NCBI GenBank assembly: GCA_001643675.2
Contig: LSRY02000057.1
Span: 310,001 to 374,000, forward strand
Direction: 5' to 3'
DNA length: 64,000 bases
Source of the DNA: Monocercomonoides exilis PA203
Taxonomy: Eukaryota > Protista > Preaxostyla
Shown: positions 54,857-64,000 of the stretch, piece by piece
Numbering within the stretch: position 1 is the stretch's first letter
Layout: the number at the start of each line of letters is the position of its first letter
Notes under the pieces: generated by a model
What the model was told of the DNA's origin: nothing
What the model saw: the letters and a program-made list of their open reading frames with translations, nothing else
Databases searched by the model: none
Position numbers and translations under genes: made by a program

Positions 54857-57800
54857 TTATTTAATTGGAGGATATTTCACAACAACTGGAGGGCAAGTTA
54901 TGACTTTCTTTGGCTCTGACAGAGACATTCCCATCGTATCGATTGTGAGAGAGCTATTTATCAAAGACTCGTTTTCATCCATCGCCTCTTTCACCAACTT
55001 CACAATGGGCGTAGAAAGAGCTGTGTTCTTCTTCTCCTCGTCCTTCCAAGCTGAGTTGAACAGGATACCTGCGCCATACCCAACGAATGTTATGCGTAGT
55101 GCCTTCTCTTTGCTAACACGTTCCAAAACAGCGCCCAAAGTTGGTATCTCATCAAATGACAGAACCATTCTATCCCAAATGGTGTAATTTTCATCCTCAT
55201 CTCCAACTTTTGGAGCGGGCATAGGCTCAGAGTAGGTGATTATCCCAATAGCGAGATTCACAAACCAGTTACGATAAGCATCAATCTTCTTGTATCCTTT
55301 CACATATGACATCATATCAAAGCATGTCAGTGCAGACACAACTGCTGTTGTTGTGGCAATGGCTGGAATGATCTTCCCAGATATTTGCTTGATGTGCTGC
55401 CGATCAGCTGTTGGAATCGAATAGTTAATCGCCCGCAGATTCGCACAGCACGAAATAAAATCAATGTGATGATTGTTGTCATCATCTTTCTCAAAGTCGA
55501 TTCCATTCACTTTCAATTCGTTGTTTAGCTTTTCCAGATCTTTTCCTGTTGGAAGTTGTGCAACTGCTTCTTTGTAGCATTTTTCTTCTTCTTCAGCTGC
55601 CTGAGCCGTCTTTGACTGTTCTTGTCCATCATTTGAGGCTGTGTTGTCTCCAACATCCAGAGAGATATCAGAAGTTGGCACAAATTGTTCCACAGTTGTT
55701 GATGATGCAACATTTGTTATGTAGCTCCAGTCAAGTTTGCATGCCCCGTGGCGGTTTGAAGAAGAAGAGGATGAAGAGGAAGAGGAAGATGCTGTGCATG
55801 AGCAGGATGGCACTTCAACTCCATAATTCATCGCACGAATAAATGCAGCGTATCCCACAAACTGAACGTGCATCTCGTTCTTCGGGTCGAAAGGTGTCGG
55901 AGTTGGCATTCTGTTCTTTCCAGACCAGAAAGGCACTCCGTATGTTGTCTTCGCATCGGGTGGGAAGTTGTGCAGCAGCTGTTTGATCTGATTGACAAAC
56001 AGCCTTTCAAACAGCCTTCGCCCCCACATAATGCAGTCGTCAAAGTTCTTTGGCCTGTCTGTGATGAGGTTGCTCACGAGCTTCTTGATTGTGGATGTTT
56101 TGGAAGCAGAAGACGAGAGGCGAGTGAGATAGCCAGCTGGATCTCTCAAATACGCTGCGACATCCGACGCCTCCTCTGTGAAGACAGACACAAATATCCC
56201 GCGTGCGTATTCAATTGTATGCTCAATCAAATACGGCAGGTTTCGCACAGTGCACATCGCAATTTCGTTGTCAGGCTCGTCCTGCGAGTTGCCGTAGTTC
56301 TCTGTCAGAAACGGGATCACACTCTGTGTGTTGCCTTTTGTTCCGAGTGTACCACATTCAAACAGCGCCTTCTGATACGCCACGCACTGCTCATCCACAT
56401 ACAGCCTCGAAGGCAAGTTGTCCAAGGCGTTTCCGACAAAATCAAGCGATTTCCAGAATGTCGCGTCGAACGGGCCTTTTTCTGTTTCTCGGCCGACTTT
56501 GGAAACAAGCGGCTCAATCGAAACAGCGTTGTTGATCTGCACAATCGCCTTGGCAGCAGTCAGCGACTTGGGCTTCTGGATGTCCCACGGGCGGAAAAGG
56601 AACTGCCTGCTCAGATTAGAAATCTCAATGTTGTCCATGTCTGTCACTGTGATGAGCCCGTAGTCTTCACTTTTGGGGTCTTTGCACTCATTCTCAAAGT
56701 TGCAGCCGACTCCCATCATCGCCCAGTTCTTCAGAGTTTCGCACCCAACAGCACCAGAGCCAACAAGAAACGTTCTCAGCTTGCCAAGCTTCTTCTGCAA
56801 ATTGCGACCGAAGATTCGAATTTGACCATCGTAGCGGCAGTTCAGTGGAGCGGCATCTGCTTCTGAGGGAAGGTCAAGCTTATCGAGATCAGTTACTATA
56901 TTGTTGACGGATAACGTTAACAAAATTACATTTGAGGGAAAAATTATGAGAGAGAACGAAAGAAGGAGAAATAAATGGATAAAACGATGATTTATATAAT
57001 TTTAAATATATTCTGCACACTTCCATTTACACCATATCCAAGGCATTGTGAGTTTTCAACAAAGAGCCATTGGTTAAGTGGTGTCAGCTTGTTTGTAACT
57101 GCTTTCATAACTTCTTGTCCAACTATGCCACCCAGACAGGCACATGTTGGTGAAAAGTTACCTGAACTGACACGAGCAAGAAGAGTTATCAGAGACTTCT
57201 CAAATACGTCATTGGATGAAGTGTTTGAATCAGAAGAAGAAGCAACAGCAGAAGAAGAAGATGATGATGATGATGATGACTCTTCGTAAAGAGAAGGGAA
57301 GTACCGCTTATGTAGCCTCTCAGCTTCGTTTGCAACCTCCTCGCTCTCCTCCTTGTTGTGAGGAAGAGGATATCTTCCATTGTGCCTTTTGGCAAATTCA
57401 GCAAGCGCACAGAATCCGGCAAAAAATGATTTTGGTCTTTCTGGATGCAGAAAATCTTCAACTGGATGCAGCGTCGGTTTTTCTTTTAATTCATCAACCA
57501 GAGAACGGTTCTTTATGTGAGTAGGAACTTTCACTTGAGTGATGTACCCATTTCCTGTGTATTCATGAAATTCGGTTGTATCAATCTCAACATAAAACGC
57601 CTTTGGTGATATGCGCTCCACTTTTGCTGGAGGCAAGTTGTTGATTTCTGTCATTCCTTCAACAAGAGAAAACTGAACATAATCTCCATCAGCATATGGA
57701 TGCGTTTCACCCTCAGGCATGGAAATGCGTGCTTTCTTCTCTTTGGAAATTCCTCCAACAACAACAATCTGACAACGTTCTCCGTCTGAATCTGTCACTT

Positions 57801-58430
57801 CATGGTCATCTCCACAATCGACAAAAATTCGTCCAAATAATCCAGCTTGATCCACTGATATGAACTTCACAGAATTCTCTCGGCATATTGTGCTAACCCT
57901 TACAAGTTCATCAAGAGCTGCATTGACCATAACTACCACTTTATACTTCTTTATCAGTGTGGAATCTAGTTGACTGGTAAAAGCCTGAACATGAACATAT
58001 TCATTTAATTCAGCAAGTTTATGTAAGCAACATTGGGCCCTATTCTTTCCGACATCAGATTCAGATAAGTAAAATTGACTCGATAAGTCGGTAAGCTGGG
58101 TTAAAGAAGTGTCATGAATCGCCACAACTCGCACACCAGAAAGAATAACATTCTTTGCTGAAGATTTTGAAGTTTCAAAAAAATAAACAAAAAAGCAATA
58201 TTTTTCATAAGTAATTGAAATTAAAACCAACCAATTTCGACTCCAGTTCCATTCATTCCAGATATAATCACGGAACTGTGAGATATTTTTTTCATCGCAT
58301 CAAGCCTGTCAAAATGAGACGGAAATTTAGCATATTTAATCAGATGTTCAATCTAATTGAAATTATTGAATATATACCCAAAAGTGTGGATCTGTCGATC
58401 GTAACGAGCGAGTTCTTCTTGATCTTCCAT
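54857..58430 (-). CDS. UBA1: Ubiquitin-activating enzyme E1
   Basis: 'RYDRQI..G', 'GVEIAKNVILSGV', 'RYDGQIRIFG', 'VGSGAVGCE', 'DMDNIEISNLSRQFLF', catalytic 'IAMCTV', 'FEKDDDNNHHIDF', 'GKIIPAIATTTA'. Introns at 58306-58377, 58158-58231 and ~56.88-57.03 kb (exact splice sites of the third are ambiguous). Confidence 0.96.
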
Positions 58431-58702
58431 TTATCAGATCTTTAACCTTTTTTTTATTTGTGAGAATAAATCGACTTTCTCATTTGGAATTGAGGGGGAA
58501 AAAAATATTGAATCGTACTTTTCAAAAGTATTTTCCGTCAATGAGAAAAGAAAAAGATAATACCATAACAAATAATTTATTATAGAAAGTTTTATGCTTT
58601 ATTAAATAAATTAAAAATATTCATAAAAATTCATATAACGTTTCGATAGGAAAATATTTCTAACGTTTACTTTCAAAATATAGAATGATACCATGCTTTT
58701 TT

Positions 58703-59115
58703 CTATATCTCTTTTGTAAAAAGATTAATAAAACTTCTTTCCCATTCGTCATAAGGAGTCAGAGAACACATTTTCTTGGTTTGGGGGAAAAACAGGTTAT
58801 AAAAGTAAAATTTTAGACTTTTCATACTTTATTGACGCAAAATTGCTGCGGATCGTATTTTTCTTCAATTTCTTCAATAAAGTACTTTGCTTCATTACTC
58901 ACAGCTGATTCACATGCTTTTGACAAAAAATCGGGTAAATTTTTGCAGATTGATTCTTTTAAAGTGTTTTCCATTTTTATAACAATTTTTTCGATCAGAA
59001 AGTCTTGCATTTTTGTTGTCATTGTTATGCACTGTTCACAAATTGATTTGTTATTTTTTGGCATTTCCATTACAGCTTTAGAGCATAACAGATGAAAAAA
59101 AAGAAGTGGTAGCAT
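58703..59115 (-). CDS. Secreted saposin-like protein (SAPLIP, single saposin B domain)
   Basis: Signal peptide 'MLPLLFFHLLCSKA'; Cys pattern CEQC...ICKNLP..SKACES...DPQQFC. Splicing intron 58775-58827 adds 'KMCSLTPYDEWERSFINLFTKEI*', which supplies the sixth Cys. Confidence 0.85.
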
Positions 59116-60216
59116 GCTTTATTCTATTGTTCAAAACATCACATTGTTCGCAACTAAGTTTTGATCAAGAATAATCTACAGCATTCATGTTTTTTAATCG
59201 AATATCATTGTATACATATTATAAATTGAATCCCAAAAATAAATGTGAACTAATTCAAATTGGTCCAGTTTCACCAAAAAATAATTCAAAATGAGTATTA
59301 TTTCAATCGAACAAATCAATTCGTTTTAAAATTAATTGTTTGTTCATTAAGAATCAATAGAGAGAAAGAGAATTCCAATGAAAATACAAATTACTCAATT
59401 GTTGATATAAATAATATTATTTTTTTAAAATTTGATTGTTATTTTATTTTATTTTATTTTTGTTTTTTTTGATTCTTTTTTTTTCAGTAATAAACACACA
59501 ATCGTATAATTTCTTCAGTGACAAAACCAGGGACAGGCACAAAACACGAGATAACTGGAACAGGTTGTTTATAAAAAGATTTCAACAAGATGGAAAATAA
59601 AATGTGCTTTGTTTTTTGTTGTGAATAAAAAATCAACAAAGATCAAATGATTTCAAATGAAGCAATTCAATAATAAAAAACGATGCTTCTAAAATATTGA
59701 TTGATAAAGAAAAGAATAACAAAAAGAATAATAAGAAGTTTAACAAAGAAGAGGCAAGTTCATTTTCATTGTGAACAAATGCATTGCTCTTCTTTTCGGA
59801 AGTTATGAACAGAAATCAAATATTGATCCTCAAGCGCTTCGGGAAGTTCGTTTTCTTTTCATTTTTTCACCGTTGAACAGTGCATTTGCATAAGATAATT
59901 ATGCTGATGTTTCATGTTTTTTTTCCTGTTTCAGACAATTCTTATTTTGCTTCATTTCATTCAATTGTTGTCTCTTCAAGTTTCTGAGTTTTAACTCTTT
60001 TTGAATCTTCAAAAATGGAAGAGCTGGTTATTGTCCATATGATCGACACGCTAAAAAATCGATAAGTCAACATTATTTTTGCATCAAATGAAATCTATTA
60101 TTAATATGAACAATGCCACAACGTGAAAATCTGCGATCTATTTCTATTTTTATTATCAAAAATTATCAGAAAAATTTTTTATAAAAGGGATAATGATCAT
60201 TAAAAACAATTGTTAA

Positions 60217-60800
60217 ATGGAAGAAAAGAGGGAGATCTCTTCTTATTGTTCGATGTTTCATAATGAGGAAATTTGCTAGGGTTGGTTTTTGTTTCAAATT
60301 TTATCAGACAAAAAGAAGGAGTGTATGAATTGTAAATCAATTATGTATTTCACAAAGGATTCTGTTCAGGACAGAATTTTCATGTGTCCTTAATACAAAT
60401 CCAGAATAACCGTGTTGGCAGATTCACGAATGAAAAATTCCAGTTTGCGAATTTCTAAATTATTGCTTCTGCTGCTCTTCATATCCATTCGATTTTTAAA
60501 AAAGCAAATTTGCATATTTCTAAATATCACCAAAGATACAGTTTCATAAAACATGAATTAATCACGACAAGTTCGAGTTCCAAATCTGTGTCAAAATTTT
60601 TGACAGATGGGAAAAGATGGACAGATCGTATAAATCGATGAAATGCTTCTCAGACGAAGAAGATACATCGTTGAAGAAGAAAAAATCAAATTTGACCTTT
60701 TGGCATGTTCGTAAAAAAATACTGGAGTAGGTCAAGGAAATTTCATTATTTCAAGGGGAAAGAACAGAAAAAAGAACAATTGTGGTCAAAACAGGATATA
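60217..60800 (+). mobile_element. Decayed Merlin / IS1595(ISXO2)-like transposase
   Basis: One frame from ATG 60217, with internal stops: 'FHNEEIC*GW...ECMNC...MCP*Y..(Zn ribbon)..NSSLRISKLL...LNITKDTVS...QMGKDGQIV*IDEMLLRRRRYIV'. After a frameshift it reads 'RRKNQI*PFG'. This matches the Merlin/ISXO2 'IGGxGxIV(E/Q)IDE...RKYxxGR...WVFG' signature. Confidence 0.8.
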
Positions 60801-61345
60801 ATCACATCAAATATAACCAACATCGATTATTTTCACATTTTTCAATGAACATTCCTTTTTTGTGCTTTTTTGCACATTTTTAATCTAATATCATTACAGT
60901 GAGAAAAATATTTTATAACATTTTTATAAATGTGAGTCTCCATTTTTACAGAAAAAAGAATCGATTTTATTGTTCAAAATTTTCAATTTTTGATTTTTCA
61001 AAATTATACATAAAAAAAGTCTGAATGATGCAAATAAATAATGAAAATTGATTTCGAAAGTGAAAAATGAGTATTTCTGAAGAATTTCCGAAAATGAAAA
61101 AATCGACCAAATATTAATTAACGAATAAATTAATTTTTATTTTTTTCAGTGCAGAGCAACATTGTTTGTAATCACAATTGGATATCGTCACAAAAAGTTG
61201 TGCAAAACCCGATGTGATCATGTCCAATTTGGAGCATATTTATCAATATTGAACAAACTGTTTGACTTCAGTCATTTTCACAAAAAAATTTGTAAATAAG
61301 ATGAACTTAATTGTAATCATATACTGTTTTTTAATTTTATTATTC

Positions 61346-61915
61346 TGTGAGATGTCATTAAACATAATGTTATGATAACATTCAAACTTGTTAACAAAAA
61401 CGATAATCCCGTTTCTTTAAAAATCTTCGAAATTTTGAAGTTTTTTTTCGAAAAACAAAGATTTTATGATTTGTCTGAATTTTTTTTGAAAAGTTCCTTT
61501 TGTTTTATTTTCAAAAAAAATAAAATATTGGTAATTTTTTTCGAAATTAAATTTTTTCTGTCAAAAATTTCAGTTTGAAAATTTGAAAAATAAACTCACA
61601 AATGGACCCTGAAAAGTGATAGATTTTCAAATGATGCAGCTTCAATAATTTCAAGTCAAACTTTGGCTTTTGAAACGAATGATAAACATTTTTTGTTTTA
61701 GTGACAATTATTTTGCCAATGATAATGAATTTTCAAAGTAATAATAACACCGAAAAAGTTATGATTTCAAAAATAATCACCCATATGTGAGAGGTCACAA
61801 AAGATTATGTAATGATATCATTTAAACTTGTTCACAAAAATGATAATCCCATGTCTTTTTCAATCTGCGAGTTTTTGAAGTTTATTCGAAAAACAAAAAT
61901 TTTATGATTTGTGAA
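61346..61915 (+). repeat. Degenerate direct duplication (~130-bp cores, 440 bp apart)
   Basis: 61346.. 'TGTGAGATGTCA...ATGATAACATTCAAACTTGTTAACAAAAACGATAATCCC...TTTGAAG..TTCGAAAAACAAAGATTTTATGATTTGT' versus 61786.. 'TGTGAGAGGTCA...ATGATATCATTTAAACTTGTTCACAAAAATGATAATCCC...TTTGAAG..TTCGAAAAACAAAAATTTTATGATTTGT'. Confidence 0.8.
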
Positions 61916-64000
61916 AAAAATTTCACAATTTCTATTTTTCACCAGTTTGTCAAAACAGAAAAGTGATAATTAAAATTAAAAACATTGTTATCAATCTTAT
62001 TCATCAACTGTTGTCTTTTGATTCAACCGAAATGAATTTTGCATTTCTATAATAAATCATTTCGAAAACACACACAAAGAAGCGATGATTTCATAAATTA
62101 TCTCCCATATAAAAATTTCACTATAAAATGAATTCATGAACGTTTTATGATAATAATTCAGAATGTGACATTTCATTCATTTTCATGGTCACTTTTCTTT
62201 TGAAGATGAAATTTGAATTGGAGTTTGCTTGTTATTATTTGAAATTGATAAAAAAATGATATTATGAAAAAGGTTTTTTATTCGAGAGATGTTGAAAGCT
62301 TTTATTTCTCATTGTAAATCCAATTGACCAAAATAATCATGCAAGAACAATGAAGTTGTTGCTTGAATATTCAAGAATAGAATATTTTTTAGGTTCATAA
62401 TGATTATTGCATGAAAATTGACATTCAAAAATTGAACCATAAAAAATGTTTCAACAGCTGTAAACTTTAAATAAAACCTTACTCTTACAACAACGTCGAA
62501 AAAGAAGAGCAACAACTTTTTTTTCTTTTTCTTTGCAATGGATATGCAGATGCAAAAGAATTCGAAACGAGTTCTTTTCTTTTAATTTAAGCATAAAAAA
62601 ATTCACATTCAATCAGCAAAGTTCAACAACCTGAACAAACAAAATTTCGAAAAAAAGGCAAAACATTCAAAATGAAATTCAACAACATGCTCCGTTTCAT
62701 CCGCCTGAGCAAAATTGTTGCCAATCGTGGAGCAGATATTGATTCCTTCGTCAAAGAACAACAAACGCCATGCACGTTAACCGAGGATGCACTTGAGCGC
62801 ACTGCTATTTTTTGCCCAAAATTATCTCAACAGCCCATGTGTCTCATTTGACTTGCCAAGCAAAACTAAAAAAGATATAAGTAATTTCTATGGTTTTCCA
62901 AATCCGCGTTCAATTCCATTCAGATAGACATTCTTCATCGAACATGTCCCCATTTTCATTGAAATTTTATCTGATTTATCGAAAATTCTTTGGCTGCTTT
63001 GAATTGAAAAAAAAATGCTTGGAATCGCAATTGGGCATCTATCACTCTGTGTTTGTTGTGAGGTTTGAATTATTTATTTATTTATTCTGTACCATTCGCT
63101 TTCACATTTCTTTTTACCCTTTTGGAATTTTTGGATAATGCACTTGAAGATACACCGGCTTTTTATTGAAATACACTCAATTTATCAGAAAAGCACTGGC
63201 TTTTGGGTGGTTCCATATTGGAAGGATTTGGATGGGAAGAAAAGGCAACATTATTGGAGCAATTGAAAGCAAACAAAGTGAATAAAGAATTCAAAGAAGA
63301 TTGTGGAAAAGAAAGTGAAAGGATGGAGTTTATGAGAGGGAGAAGGAAGAGATGGAGGCTTAATCAATGCAGGAAGGAACACGAGGAGCAAGCGATTGCG
63401 AATGGAGAAGATGCAGATTGAGTAATCAGTAATTCGCAATGAGAATGCTTGATTTGCAAAGAAGGGCAAATTGTGTTTGTGTTTGTTTGCTGATTAAAAT
63501 TAATTTTTTTGAATGAAAGAAAATTTTCAGAATTGAAAAAAAAAGAAAGAGATTAAATTTTTGTTTTTATTTTATTTTACAAAATGTATTTTTGAGTTAT
63601 AATAACAACATGTTTGATTTCTTTATTTGTTTGCTTACAATTTTTTTATACTTTTTTCTGAAAGAATGTGCAGTGAAAGTTCACAAAACATTTCCTTTCA
63701 ACTGGCACAAATGGCTTCTTGAAAGGATCCTTTCGCTGAAGAAAAAGCAGGTGAGTATTTTTGAAAAACTAACATTGGCTGTGTGCATAAAATGGATCAA
63801 TATTCAAAATGTGGAAGGAGCAAGAAAGCGGGAGAAGAAGAAAGCGGAAAAACTTATTTGGGAAATTTTGGGCGAAGAAGCTGGTGAGATGGTTTTATAA
63901 GACAAAACAGATAAGAATAAGAAGAACGCAATGGAGAAGATAGGAAATGGAGAGGAAGAATAGGAGGAGTTGATGGTGATGAGTTTCACAGAAAAGATTT

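Noticed and set aside
55868-56866. 332-aa plus-strand ORF, and similar ones at 48019-48951, 52678-53499, 6149-6934 and 4160-4789
   Set aside because: Antisense shadows of real genes in GC-rich or low-complexity coding sequence; no recognisable motifs.
35259-58430. F-box protein near ubiquitin E1 as a functional ubiquitin gene cluster
   Set aside because: They are separated by unrelated genes (TK, tail-anchored protein, ING). Eukaryotic adjacency alone is not evidence without conserved synteny.
60217-60700. In-frame TAA/TAG in the Merlin relic read as Gln (alternative code known in some oxymonads), e.g. IV*IDE as IVQIDE
   Set aside because: Conserved genes here end at TAA/TAG at the expected positions (TK, UBA1, ING) and multi-kb ORFs are open in the standard code. 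The relic also has TGA stops and frameshifts, so it is a pseudogene.
62300-64000. Coding-like patches (e.g. 'TLTEDALERT', 63200-63420) as another transposase or gene
   Set aside because: Too fragmentary; no motif I can assign with confidence.
1-64000. tRNA, rRNA or other structured RNA genes
   Set aside because: None recognised by eye; tRNAscan-SE or Infernal would be needed to exclude small RNAs.

Overview
AT-rich eukaryotic genomic DNA with short (~50-150 nt) GT-AG introns, the standard genetic code and many poly-Ser tracts. The gene families and composition resemble the oxymonad Monocercomonoides (inference from family resemblance, not a database match). A compact core gene block (~21.3-59.1 kb) encodes: a GT32/Caps_synth-type glycosyltransferase, an AMPK beta subunit, two low-complexity proteins, a type II membrane protein with a catalytically degenerate Fic-like domain, an intronless ~5055-aa F-box/LRR/ankyrin/LRR/ROC-COR-like/pseudokinase protein, thymidine kinase, a Lys-rich tail-anchored protein, an ING-family PHD protein, ubiquitin E1 (UBA1) and a secreted saposin-like protein. 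Decayed regions flank this block (7.7-21 kb and 59.1-64 kb). They hold a pogo-like DDE_1 transposase relic, a 270-bp MITE, a Merlin/IS1595-like transposase relic, pseudogene fragments of the beta-helix surface-protein family, and microsatellites. The window opens inside a >2500-aa beta-helix-repeat receptor pseudokinase gene. The strongest novelty candidates are the giant F-box-Roco-like pseudokinase and the membrane-anchored pseudo-Fic protein. All domain calls come from reading motifs by eye and need HMM or structure confirmation.
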